Virus record (IMG/VR): IMGVR_UViG_3300032320_002936
Coordinates: 1 to 31,514 of that record
Direction: 5' to 3' (one strand)
Source of the DNA: a virus
Lineage: Duplodnaviria > Caudoviricetes
Length of the DNA stretch: 31,514 bases
A program made the position numbers and the translations under genes. Every line of letters begins with the position of its first letter. Positions within the stretch are counted from its first letter, which is position 1. The notes under the pieces were generated by a model. The model searched no databases. It saw only the letters and a list, made by a program, of their open reading frames with translations, and had not been told where the DNA came from. Positions 8,192 to 17,824 of the stretch are shown piece by piece.

Positions 8192-9098
8192 CAATTTCTT
8201 TTATTTTATTTTCTATAAATTTATTTAAATTTTTATCAAATTCTTCTCTTTGTTCAGATACATCTCGTCTAACAAGAAAATTTTTATAATAATTAGAAAA
8301 ACCATGTACTTCATCTGTTCTTAAAGGACCAATTGAATATTCGAATATTATTTGACCATCTAAACGATATTGTTGAAAATCTAATCCTTTATGTTTGGCA
8401 TAATTAGAAGCAATTAAACCATAAGTATCCCAACCCCCATATCCTTTCCATTCATCAGGTACTCTTGCTAAATCTTCATAAAAATCTTTGCTATATAAAT
8501 CAAACCAACCAGCCCATTTTAATTGATTAATAGGTGTAATACCAACTTCATCCTGAGTAGTATGTAAGTAGTTATCAACATCAAATATATCTGTTGTTTT
8601 TTCCCATCCATAATGGGGTCCAACTGCAAATTTAGGATGTGTTAATACTTCCCATGATTCATCCCACATTCTGCAAATTTGAGGAGTTAATACAAAATAT
8701 TTATTTGGTATAGATTGAGCAGCTTGTACTAAATATGATAACAAATATTCACTAAAGTACATATCAGGACATATACTAATATAGTAATCAATTCCAGATG
8801 AAATGCATTCTCGTTGTAACTCAAGATGACCATATAATTCATCTCCAGTATAGATTTTAGCATTGTGATTATAATCTTTTAATAAAATAGATAAAGTATT
8901 ATATTTTTCAATAAAAAATTCTTTAGGTAATTTACTTTCATCCCAATTTATTAAAAATGAAGATAAATTTAAAACACTATCTATAGATACATTTACATCT
9001 TTGGGTAGATAATATTTTGATTTTTTAAGCTGAGTAAAGGTTAATAGAGCATAATCTATTTCCCAAGGCATTATATGGTATGTTATTTTTATATTCAT
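8181..9098 (-). CDS. Divergent GT-A glycosyltransferase-like protein
   Basis: DYYISICPDMYF (DxD-like position) and WKGYGGWDT (GWGxED-like, GT2/GT7); located within the glycan locus. Confidence 0.45.
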   Translation of the reverse strand: MNIKITYHIMPWEIDYALLTFTQLKKSKYYLPKDVNVSIDSVLNLSSFLINWDESKLPKEFFIEKYNTLSILLKDYNHNAKIYTGDELYGHLELQRECISSGIDYYISICPDMYFSEYLLSYLVQAAQSIPNKYFVLTPQICRMWDESWEVLTHPKFAVGPHYGWEKTTDIFDVDNYLHTTQDEVGITPINQLKWAGWFDLYSKDFYEDLARVPDEWKGYGGWDTYGLIASNYAKHKGLDFQQYRLDGQIIFEYSIGPLRTDEVHGFSNYYKNFLVRRDVSEQREEFDKNLNKFIENKIKEIDGY

Positions 9099-9862
9099 TT
9101 CAATTCTTCAAAAACATTTTTAATTCCTTGCTCTAATCCTAGAACCTTAATAGGTAATTCAGTACTTTTACCAATATATGAGTTAGTTGGTTTTAAATTA
9201 TTATAATTAACAGGTACTGTCCAATATGATAAATTATTAATAATAGATGCTATCCCACTTAAAGCCATTGTATCATTATAGCAACAATCTATTTCTTTAT
9301 CTAAATTATCATTTAATATATAAAACTCTATTAACGAAACCAAATCTTTTATATAGAAAAAATCCATTAATTTATCCTGATGAATTATTATAGGTTCTCC
9401 AGCAATATATCTTTTAATACTAGCTTTAATAAATCTTGTATCTAATTCATTTTCATCAAATACACCATAAATTCTTATAGTATGCCAATTTTCAATTTCA
9501 TTAACTAATTCATTACACCATTTTTTACTTGCACCATAAGGAGTTTCAGGAGCATACATTTCAGCTCCTGATCCTAGATTAATTAATTTTGTATATTTGT
9601 CTTGGTGAGAGTGTAGATTAGTCATCATGATAATGTTATCTAACAATACTGTTTGATCATCTTCATTTAATCTACTACCTCCTTTAATAGCTGTATGAAT
9701 TACAACATCAAATTGTTTATTCTTAAAGAATTTATCAACTGATTTTCTATTTGTTAAGTCTAATTCATCTCTTCCTGGGGATAATATATGATACCTGTCC
9801 CATAAAGCATTAGTGATGCTTTTAGCTATATAACCTTTACCTCCAGTAATTAATATTTTCAT
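9095..9862 (-). CDS. NAD-dependent epimerase/reductase (extended SDR) for NDP-sugars
   Basis: ILITGGKGYIA, DVVIHTA, LGSGAEMY, YGASK (YxxxK). Confidence 0.85.
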   Translation of the reverse strand: MKILITGGKGYIAKSITNALWDRYHILSPGRDELDLTNRKSVDKFFKNKQFDVVIHTAIKGGSRLNEDDQTVLLDNIIMMTNLHSHQDKYTKLINLGSGAEMYAPETPYGASKKWCNELVNEIENWHTIRIYGVFDENELDTRFIKASIKRYIAGEPIIIHQDKLMDFFYIKDLVSLIEFYILNDNLDKEIDCCYNDTMALSGIASIINNLSYWTVPVNYNNLKPTNSYIGKSTELPIKVLGLEQGIKNVFEELK

Positions 9863-9864
9863 TT

Positions 9865-10791
9865 TTAGTTTTTACGAGTAGTAATTGGGGTTACACTATG
9901 ATTAGGTGAAGCATGATTTTCGACTCTATCTTTTTCATATTTCCATTTATCATCTCCTAATAATTTTTCTAATTCATCTTCTTTAATTTCATAAAAATTT
10001 TCTTGAGCAGGAAATATTCCATTTTTTACTTCATCAACATACTGTTCTAAAGCATCTTGTATAATTTTTCCTGCTTCACAATATCTTTTAACAAATTTAG
10101 ATTTAAACTCCCAAAATAAACCAGTTAAATCATGAAATATAACAAGTTGGCCATCAACACCATTACCACCACCAATACCGTAAACAGGAATTGATAATTG
10201 TTTAGCTATCATTTCAGCTGGTTCTTTAGGCATTGCCTCTAAAAGTAAAGCTGAACATCCTGCTTCTTGTAAAGCTAATGCTTGTTGTAATATTACATCA
10301 GCTTGATCTGCAGTTTTACCTTGAACTTTATATCCTCCTAATTTAGCTCTAGTATGTGGTGTTAGTCCTAAATGACTCATAACCATAATACCTGCTTTTG
10401 CTATTGCTCTTACTCTATCAACCATAGCTCCTTCTACTTTAACCATATCCATACCCGCTCTAATAAATCTTCCAGCGTTTTCAATAGCTAATTCATCTGA
10501 TTGTTGGTAAGACATGTAAGGCATATCTCCAATTAAGAAGGCATTTTGAGCCCCTCTACTAACAGCTTCACAACTTCTAATCATATCTTCCATAGTAACC
10601 GGTATAGTGGTTTTGTATCCTAATTGAGTCATACCTAATGAATCTCCTACTAAAATACAATCTACTCCTGCTCTATCAGCTAATATAGCTTGTGGGTAGT
10701 CATAAGCTGTTACTAATACTGTTTTTTCTCCTTTTAGTTTATTACCTGTTAAAGTAAGAATTGTTTTTTTGGTTTTGCTATCTGCAGCCAT
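9865..10791 (-). CDS. panB: Ketopantoate hydroxymethyltransferase (PanB) homologue
   Basis: TAYD, ILVGDSLGM, GDMPYMSY, VKVEG, HLGLTP, GIGGG, DGQLVIFHD, KFVKRY. Confidence 0.9.
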   Translation of the reverse strand: MAADSKTKKTILTLTGNKLKGEKTVLVTAYDYPQAILADRAGVDCILVGDSLGMTQLGYKTTIPVTMEDMIRSCEAVSRGAQNAFLIGDMPYMSYQQSDELAIENAGRFIRAGMDMVKVEGAMVDRVRAIAKAGIMVMSHLGLTPHTRAKLGGYKVQGKTADQADVILQQALALQEAGCSALLLEAMPKEPAEMIAKQLSIPVYGIGGGNGVDGQLVIFHDLTGLFWEFKSKFVKRYCEAGKIIQDALEQYVDEVKNGIFPAQENFYEIKEDELEKLLGDDKWKYEKDRVENHASPNHSVTPITTRKN

Positions 10792-10810
10792 AAACTTAAT
10801 TTATTAATTA

Positions 10811-12595
10811 TTATTTATTCAAAGTTACCCATCCTTGGGTATTATCACGTCTTGGGATCATATCTATGACCATATTATTTTTTATAGTTTTATCATCTAA
10901 ATATGGAGACATATCTTCTAAAGGGTTACCAAACTCTAATTTAGGAGTTAGTTTTTGTTCTTTATCTATAATAACATTTACTAATATACTACCTTTTTCT
11001 TGAAGAGCCAAATTTATTACATCTTGATAATTAGTTTTATTAGCTTCTATAGCTTTAATTCCATAAGCAGTAGCTATTTTTACAAAATCAGGAGCAGTAT
11101 AATCTTTAGTTTCAGTAGCTATATATCTTGAATCAAAATATGAGTCTTGAAATTGTTTAATTATACCATAACAATTATTATTCATGATAAAAATCTTAAC
11201 AGGTAAATTATAATGTTTAACTGTTTGTAATTCTTGAATATTCATTTGAAATCCTCCATCCCCATCTATACAAATAACTGGATGGGAATTATTAATTGAT
11301 GCTCCTATAGCAGCTGGTAATCCATATCCCATAGATGAATTTCCGAAGTTTGAAAATACCCTTTGATTATTTTTAGGTTTTAAAGACTGCATTGACCACA
11401 CTAAATGGCCGCCTTCATCAGGTATTATAGTGGAATTTGGGGGTAATTGAGTATTAAGATATTCTAAAAATTCATAAGATGTAAGTACATCTGATTTTAA
11501 GGATCTATTGTCTAGTTTTAGGTTTTTATATTTAGTATAAACTTCTAGCCATTCATTATTAATAACATATGGGATTAAATTATTTGACCATTCTGTTATA
11601 AATTGTTTGGCATCACATACTACAGGTAAATCTATTTTTAATCCCCGACCCTTATAAACTTCATTTTTATCAATATCAACCATTACTTTAAATGATTCTC
11701 TTGAAAATGTTTTTAAATCACCTCCAGTTTGTCTTGTATCTAATCTTGAGCCTATAGAAATTAATAAGTCACAATTTTGAACAGCAAAATTACCTCCTCT
11801 ACTTCCATATACTCCTATATCACCTATAAATAAAGGATGATCATGTGATATAATATCAAATCCACCCCAAGATACTACAAAAGGTATATTTAATTTATTT
11901 ATTAACTCATTTATTTCTTCTACAGCATGAGATAATCTAACTCCGTGCCCTATAAGTAATAAAGGTCTCTTAGAGATTTTTAACTGTTTATTTAACCTTT
12001 TAAGTTGATGATTTATATCAGTAATAAGGGGTTTTAGAGAAATTTTAAATACCTCTTCACTAATAATACTATTTTGTATATTAGTAGGTATATCTAATAA
12101 ACTAGGTCCTGGTCTACCCGTAAAACATTTATTTAAGGCTTCATGTAAGTCTTGTTTAAAAGTAGTTGGGTCATTTATTTTTTTAATAAATTTAGTAAAA
12201 GGTTTAAATGATTCAACAACAGGCATTTCTTGGAAACCTAGCTGCCTTGGTTTAGTATTAATAAAATCTAAAGATTCATAAGTACTAACTTGTCCTGTTA
12301 TAAACAAACAAGGTATAGATTCATACCAACACCCACATATACCGTTTAATAAATTTTGAGCCCCAGGACCACTTGTACTTAATACTACTCCTAGTTTACC
12401 TGTTGTTCTATAGTAAGCTTCAGCAGCCATTGCTGCTGACTGTTCATGTTGAAAACAAAAATATTTAATTCCGGGTTTAGTTCCAATATAATCTATAGTA
12501 GGTACTATAGCTCCTCCAGTTACTAAAAAATAGGTATCAATTTTATTATAAACTAAGGTATCAATTAAATATTCTAAAACTTTTTTATCAGACAT
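10811..12595 (-). CDS. ThDP-dependent AHAS-like enzyme, YerE-type sugar-branching carboligase
   Basis: TGGA, QHEQSAAMAAEAY, TSGPG, RQLGFQE, GDGGFQMNIQELQT...NN, C-terminal PLEDMSPYL; neighbours are NDP-sugar enzymes, with no ilvN/ilvC. Confidence 0.8.
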   Translation of the reverse strand: MSDKKVLEYLIDTLVYNKIDTYFLVTGGAIVPTIDYIGTKPGIKYFCFQHEQSAAMAAEAYYRTTGKLGVVLSTSGPGAQNLLNGICGCWYESIPCLFITGQVSTYESLDFINTKPRQLGFQEMPVVESFKPFTKFIKKINDPTTFKQDLHEALNKCFTGRPGPSLLDIPTNIQNSIISEEVFKISLKPLITDINHQLKRLNKQLKISKRPLLLIGHGVRLSHAVEEINELINKLNIPFVVSWGGFDIISHDHPLFIGDIGVYGSRGGNFAVQNCDLLISIGSRLDTRQTGGDLKTFSRESFKVMVDIDKNEVYKGRGLKIDLPVVCDAKQFITEWSNNLIPYVINNEWLEVYTKYKNLKLDNRSLKSDVLTSYEFLEYLNTQLPPNSTIIPDEGGHLVWSMQSLKPKNNQRVFSNFGNSSMGYGLPAAIGASINNSHPVICIDGDGGFQMNIQELQTVKHYNLPVKIFIMNNNCYGIIKQFQDSYFDSRYIATETKDYTAPDFVKIATAYGIKAIEANKTNYQDVINLALQEKGSILVNVIIDKEQKLTPKLEFGNPLEDMSPYLDDKTIKNNMVIDMIPRRDNTQGWVTLNK

Positions 12596-12601
12596 ATAAA
12601 T

Positions 12602-13138
12602 TTATTTTTCTTTACTAAAATCACCAAATTCAACTAAGATAGTATTAATACCATCAGTTCTATTTAATGCTTTTTCGTAAGCAGGAACTATATCTTCAGG
12701 TTCGAATAACTCTATAACTTCTGTGTTTTTAGTCATTTGTCTAAATGCTTCTGAAAAGTTTCCTTTATGTTGGCATTGAGGATCAACTGGTCTTTCACTT
12801 CCTACTGCTACTCTAATAATAACTTTAGGGTTACATTTACCATTTGACATTTCAATAAACTTGTCCAAATGGTTAACTATTTGATCTACTCCCATTAGTA
12901 AAAAATTCCATCTTGGATAAGTTGATACGGGAATCATTCCTTCAATAGCCATTCCATTTGCCAATCCTGTTTGTAAATACTCAGCTACCGGTAGTTCTAA
13001 TTTTTTGTGTGAAGGTAAATGAGCCATAGTATCGAATAGTCCTGTTCCTTCATACTCAACAGCTTGTCCTATAAATAAAGTTTTAGGATGTTCAGCTAAC
13101 AAGCTCATTGCTTTCTTTAATTCTTCAAAGTATTTCAT
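12602..13138 (-). CDS. Short 2-oxoacid dehydrogenase E1-beta/transketolase Pyr-domain protein
   Basis: ELPVAE..QTGLANGMA..G..P, FL....DQIVN, QH; 178 aa, lacks the C-terminal domain. Confidence 0.8.
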   Translation of the reverse strand: MKYFEELKKAMSLLAEHPKTLFIGQAVEYEGTGLFDTMAHLPSHKKLELPVAEYLQTGLANGMAIEGMIPVSTYPRWNFLLMGVDQIVNHLDKFIEMSNGKCNPKVIIRVAVGSERPVDPQCQHKGNFSEAFRQMTKNTEVIELFEPEDIVPAYEKALNRTDGINTILVEFGDFSKEK

Positions 13139-13147
13139 ATCTCTGTA

Positions 13148-13774
13148 TTAAAATTGAACTCTCATTCCGGCACCAGCATGAGGATATTTTGTATTTTCGT
13201 ATTGGTAATATACTAAATTCTTTTGAAATAGCAAACCTCCTTGATAATCAGAGTTTAAATAGTAAGGCCGATCTCTTTTCCAAATATCTGGGGTTGGTGT
13301 GCAGACTGATTTTCTATTATCTTCTACAATAAATGTGATAGGTAAATCATGATTTAAACTATATTTGTAGGCTTCATGAAATGCTCCGGTTTCAGCAGAC
13401 ATATCACCTACCCAACACCAAACTTTATTTGGTTTTTCTTGATATTTAATTGCTAAAGCAATACCTGCTGCTATAGAAGGAATACCACCAACAATTGAAC
13501 TACAAATAAATTTATATTCAGGAAGATTAACCACCATTGATTTACCCTCCATAATATTCTGTTTCATCACTTCAGTTGGAATTCCTTTTAATAATCCTTG
13601 ATAATGATTTCTCCAAGTACAACATACCCAATCATTTTCTATATCAATGTGATTAAATAATGAAATCATTAATTCTTCATTCCCATGATATAAATGAATA
13701 GGAGCTTTTATTTCACCTTTATTAAATGAATCTCCAATTTCAGTTTCAAACTGAATTAATTGTTCTTTTACCAT
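13148..13774 (-). CDS. Short 2-oxoacid dehydrogenase E1-alpha (ThDP PP-domain) protein
   Basis: PIHLYHGNE, TWRNH, SIVGG, GDMSAETGAFHEA...FIVEDN ThDP motif; 208 aa. Confidence 0.8.
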   Translation of the reverse strand: MVKEQLIQFETEIGDSFNKGEIKAPIHLYHGNEELMISLFNHIDIENDWVCCTWRNHYQGLLKGIPTEVMKQNIMEGKSMVVNLPEYKFICSSIVGGIPSIAAGIALAIKYQEKPNKVWCWVGDMSAETGAFHEAYKYSLNHDLPITFIVEDNRKSVCTPTPDIWKRDRPYYLNSDYQGGLLFQKNLVYYQYENTKYPHAGAGMRVQF

Positions 13775-14724
13775 ATAAATTTTTCTCTGTAATATTCTAT
13801 AATATGTTTTAATTCAATATCAAAATTCATTTCAGGCTTCCATCCTAATGCTCTTAACTTATCATCATTTAAGGCATATCTAACATCTTGTCCTTTTCTA
13901 TCATATGAAAAGTCTATAAAATCTTCTAACATATAAACCTTATTATTATTGTGTAATGTAAGAACTTTTTTTATAGTTTCCAAATTACTTTGTTCAAATC
14001 CACCACAGATATTAAAAATTTCATTCTGAATTCCAGATTCAATAATTGTAATAATAGCATTAGCTGTATCTTGGGCATGAAGCCAAGTTCTAATTGGAGT
14101 ACCTCCATTATGTAGCGGAATCTTTTTTCCTAACTTTAAATGCTTTAATGCTTTAGGAATTAACTTTTCAGTATACTGTCCTGCTCCGTAGTTATTTGTT
14201 GGCCGAACTATTACATAAGGAAGGTTGTAAGTTCTACCCCATGCTGTTACAAGCATATCTGCTGCAGCTTTTGTAGCTGAGTATGGATTGGAAGGTTTAA
14301 GTAAATCTGTTTCTATATGTTCTCCTTCTTCAATGTCTCCATATACTTCATCTGTACTAAAGTGAAGTAATATAGGTTTTGATGAATGTTCTCCTCTGTG
14401 ATTTTTAATTAATTCTAATAAGTTATGTACACCATTTATATTTGAAGATACAAATTCATCTGAATTAGCTATGGAGTTTCCAACGTGAGTTTCAGCAGCT
14501 GTATTGATTATATAATCACAATCATATAAAAAATTTAAATCATTTATATCGCAATTAACAAATGAAAAATTTTTATATTTTTTAAATTCGGTTAAAAGTC
14601 CTTTATTAGAAGCATAAGTTCCCTTATCAACTCCTTTTACATACCATCCTTTATTTAGGCATGCTCTTGTTACATAGGATCCTATAAACCCTAAACAACC
14701 TGTTACGTAAACTACTTTTGTCAT
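13768..14724 (-). CDS. rfbB: NDP-glucose 4,6-dehydratase, RfbB/RmlB type
   Basis: TGCLGFIG, AAETHV, STDEVYG (catalytic T-D-E), YSATK, NNYG..Q..EKLIP, RKGQDVRY. Confidence 0.85.
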   Translation of the reverse strand: MTKVVYVTGCLGFIGSYVTRACLNKGWYVKGVDKGTYASNKGLLTEFKKYKNFSFVNCDINDLNFLYDCDYIINTAAETHVGNSIANSDEFVSSNINGVHNLLELIKNHRGEHSSKPILLHFSTDEVYGDIEEGEHIETDLLKPSNPYSATKAAADMLVTAWGRTYNLPYVIVRPTNNYGAGQYTEKLIPKALKHLKLGKKIPLHNGGTPIRTWLHAQDTANAIITIIESGIQNEIFNICGGFEQSNLETIKKVLTLHNNNKVYMLEDFIDFSYDRKGQDVRYALNDDKLRALGWKPEMNFDIELKHIIEYYREKFIW

Positions 14725-15557
14725 ATAAATAAATTATTACAATTATTTGCAAATTTTATGGTTTGTTCAACCATTTTATTTTTTTGGTTTTCTATTTCTT
14801 TAAATAATAAAGGTAAAGTTTCTATAGCACGAGGTATATCATCTTCACCATAAGCTATTCCATACTTATGAAGAGGAGATCCTTCTAACCATTCTTCTTT
14901 TGTTTTAATTCCATCAGGTACTACTATACTTAAACACCCACACATTGCTGCCTGAGTGTGTAAAAATGTATAATTATCGTAACAATAAAATCTTTCAGTT
15001 TTATTAAAAAGTTCTGAAAGTGAAGTTAAATCTCCTGCAGAATTAAATGGGATAAAGATAGAATCGTTAGGATGAATTAATTGTTTGGGGTTAGCTTTTC
15101 TAATTGAATAACAACTACCATTTCTTTTGTTACCTACATTTTTAAAAATATTATCATGAAATTCTGATATCTGAAGTATGTTTTCTTTATATCCTAAAGA
15201 TTCAACATAATAATAATCCATATACCAATAAATCAAATCTGATTTTAAATAAGTTACAGTATCTTCGGTTCTTGGTGGTCCTAATATCCATCTTACTACG
15301 TTTTTGGCATTTAATGGATTATATTTAATCCCTTCAGGGTATATTACTATAGCGTTATCTAAATCATCTAATATTTCTTGGGTAATTAAAGGAGTATCAT
15401 AATCATCACATACATAAAAATCTTCTCTAATATGAATAGGCATTAAATAACTTTCATATCCATTTTTATTAAGTAAATCACATAATTTATGCATTACTTT
15501 AATTCCTCCTACTCCTGGGGAGTAATCATATGTGTATATTACAAATGGTTTTTTCAT
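14721..15557 (-). CDS. WavQ-like putative glycosyltransferase
   Basis: GGIKVMHKLCDLL, IVIYPE....NPLNAKNVVRWIL, AAMCGC. Confidence 0.5.
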   Translation of the reverse strand: MKKPFVIYTYDYSPGVGGIKVMHKLCDLLNKNGYESYLMPIHIREDFYVCDDYDTPLITQEILDDLDNAIVIYPEGIKYNPLNAKNVVRWILGPPRTEDTVTYLKSDLIYWYMDYYYVESLGYKENILQISEFHDNIFKNVGNKRNGSCYSIRKANPKQLIHPNDSIFIPFNSAGDLTSLSELFNKTERFYCYDNYTFLHTQAAMCGCLSIVVPDGIKTKEEWLEGSPLHKYGIAYGEDDIPRAIETLPLLFKEIENQKNKMVEQTIKFANNCNNLFI

Positions 15558-16456
15558 TAAAAGTTACAATTGCATTGTTCATTTAAAAATTGTTTGGTTT
15601 CATCATTAAACCAAACTGTTTTCATTTCATGTAGAGTTTCATTGTATTCTTCTTTAGTTTTTACTCCTAAAGCTTCAGCATAATGAAATACTTTAATTTG
15701 TTTATTATCGGGTGTAAATAATTTATTATCTTTAACATGATAAGTTGAAGTAGGATAAATATTCCCTATTACACTGCTATTAGGATCTTTATAATTTCCA
15801 TTATATAAATTACCACGATACATTTGATTACCCCCACAAGCCATTCCTTTAGATCTTACATTATATAATGATTTAGTTTTATTATATGGAAAATCTACAA
15901 TACTTACTTTTATATTTAATTGATCTTGATTTTGGTATAGATAATTCATTCCACCTTGTTCAGCATGATTAGTCCAAAATTCTATAGATTTTTCTATTAA
16001 CATATCCGCTGATTTAAAATTATTAAAACAGGCAACATCAGCATTTATAAAATCAACATCACCATCAATAAATTTTGGAGCCCAATACTCAGTTTTCAAA
16101 AAACTATAAGGTGGACCTGATGAACATATCATATCATCAATATCATTGTTTATAAATTCATCAAGATATGAGCATGTAAATGTATCTAGCCCTAACATTA
16201 TTACTTTATCATAATTTTTTAGTCTAAATAATTCTCTTATAATATAAACTCGAATTAAACCTACACTATCATAGTATTCAGTTATATTTAAATCTTTTAA
16301 ATAAGAATTAAAATTATCATTAGTAATATGATGAATATCTACATTAGGATGCCATTTTTTAAAACTATTTATAGCATTAGGAGCAAAAAAGTCATCTTTT
16401 TGATAATTATTACCTTCATGATTAGTAATATGTAAAAAAACACAAGCTATTTTCAT
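15557..16456 (-). CDS. GT8-like glycosyltransferase (degenerate DxD)
   Basis: NSFKKWHP, YDKVIMLGLD, FINADV, EQGGMNYL, FHYA follow the GT8 motif order. Confidence 0.5.
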   Translation of the reverse strand: MKIACVFLHITNHEGNNYQKDDFFAPNAINSFKKWHPNVDIHHITNDNFNSYLKDLNITEYYDSVGLIRVYIIRELFRLKNYDKVIMLGLDTFTCSYLDEFINNDIDDMICSSGPPYSFLKTEYWAPKFIDGDVDFINADVACFNNFKSADMLIEKSIEFWTNHAEQGGMNYLYQNQDQLNIKVSIVDFPYNKTKSLYNVRSKGMACGGNQMYRGNLYNGNYKDPNSSVIGNIYPTSTYHVKDNKLFTPDNKQIKVFHYAEALGVKTKEEYNETLHEMKTVWFNDETKQFLNEQCNCNF

Positions 16457-16457
16457 A

Positions 16458-17768
16458 TTACTTATTAAAGAATTTATCTACAATTGTTCCAATATATTCT
16501 ATTTGTTCTAGAGTAATTACTGGAGAGCATCCTAGAAAGAAAGTATCTGTTGTTACTTTTCTTGATACTGGATATTTTTCAATTACTTCTTTTGAATCAA
16601 TTAAATGAGAATATCCTGGTTGTAACATGATGTTACCTGCGAAATAAGGTCTTGTTTGAATCTTATTTGCTTCTAAGTACTGACAAAACTCAGCTCTTGT
16701 AAAATTCATCCCATCTCTAACTGTTAATGCAACTGCGAACCAATCAGGATCTGATTTAGCTGTAGCTTTTGGTAAAATAAATTTATCTTCATACTTCTTG
16801 AAGATATCAACAATTGCTGCATGGTTTCTTCTTCTAAGTACTCCAATCTCTTCTAACTTACCTAACTGAACATTACCCATTGCTGCTTGTAACTCAGTTG
16901 GCTTTAAGTTGTATCCAATCTCTTCGTAAGTGTATTTGTGATCAAATATTTCATTAGGTAAACTTGGTAACCAGTTACTAAACCTGATACCGCATGAACC
17001 ACATTCTAAAGCATTTGCTTTACCTTGACAGAAACATCCTCTTCCCCAATCTCTGAAGCTTCTTAATATTTTTTCTGTATGAGCATCTTGACATGCTACA
17101 AATCCTCCTTCACCCATTGTGATGTGATGTGCTGGGTAGAATGAACATGAAGCCATTTTACCAAATGATCCTAGCATTTTACCATCATAAGTTGTTCCTA
17201 AAGCATCACAACAATCTTCTAATAAAATTAAATTGTATTTATTTACAATTTCCATTAATCGATCCATGTTAGGTGGATTACCTAATACGTGAGCAAATGT
17301 AATTATCTTTGCATCAGGATGGTCAATACATGCTTGCTCTACTTGATCTAAATCTAAGTTTAAAGATTCTAATTCAATGTCAACAAAGATTGGTGTAAAA
17401 CCTACTTGAATAGCAGGACTAAGTGTTGCAGGAAATCCTGCTATTGGAGTAATTACTTTTGTACCTTTTGGTAAGTTCATTCCTCTTTTAGATGTTAAAG
17501 CTAACATCATTAATAAATTAGCACTTGAACCGCTATTAACAATAACTCCAGTCTTCTGTCCTAATTTTTTAGGAAAACGTCTTTCGAACATTGCTCCTTC
17601 TTTTCCTAGAACTAACCAACCTTCAAGCATAGTTCTAACAACTGCTTGTGCTTCTTGACCATCAAAGTAAGGTCCAGCATATTGAACTAAATCTTCACCT
17701 GCTACCCACTTTTTTTTACTGTCTTTGTTTGTAATGTACTCTTGTACTAAATTTAAAATATTGTTCAT
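16458..17768 (-). CDS. rfbH: NDP-4-keto-6-deoxyglucose 3-dehydrase (E1, RfbH/DdhC/AscC family)
   Basis: VNSGSSANL, HVLGNP, EDCCDALG, SFYPAHHITMGEGG (His in place of the Schiff-base Lys), RDWGRGCFC, DHKY, GYNLK. Confidence 0.92.
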   Translation of the reverse strand: MNNILNLVQEYITNKDSKKKWVAGEDLVQYAGPYFDGQEAQAVVRTMLEGWLVLGKEGAMFERRFPKKLGQKTGVIVNSGSSANLLMMLALTSKRGMNLPKGTKVITPIAGFPATLSPAIQVGFTPIFVDIELESLNLDLDQVEQACIDHPDAKIITFAHVLGNPPNMDRLMEIVNKYNLILLEDCCDALGTTYDGKMLGSFGKMASCSFYPAHHITMGEGGFVACQDAHTEKILRSFRDWGRGCFCQGKANALECGSCGIRFSNWLPSLPNEIFDHKYTYEEIGYNLKPTELQAAMGNVQLGKLEEIGVLRRRNHAAIVDIFKKYEDKFILPKATAKSDPDWFAVALTVRDGMNFTRAEFCQYLEANKIQTRPYFAGNIMLQPGYSHLIDSKEVIEKYPVSRKVTTDTFFLGCSPVITLEQIEYIGTIVDKFFNK

Positions 17769-17789
17769 ATAACTGTTTTTATTTTGTGT

Positions 17790-17818
17790 AATATAATAAA
17801 AATAATTTGAATATCCAA
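17790..17818 (-). promoter_or_regulatory. Putative promoter TTGGA-N18-TATATT (copy 5), internal to the glycan locus
   Basis: Minus strand TTGGATATTCAAATTATTTTTATTATATT, 21 nt before the rfbH ATG. Confidence 0.6.
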
Positions 17819-17824
17819 ATAATT

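Noticed and set aside
10811-13774. Annotation as ilvB (branched-chain amino acid synthesis) and pdhA/pdhB (pyruvate dehydrogenase)
   Set aside because: No regulatory subunit, ilvC, E2 or E3 in the window; the subunits are truncated and the context is NDP-sugar biosynthesis
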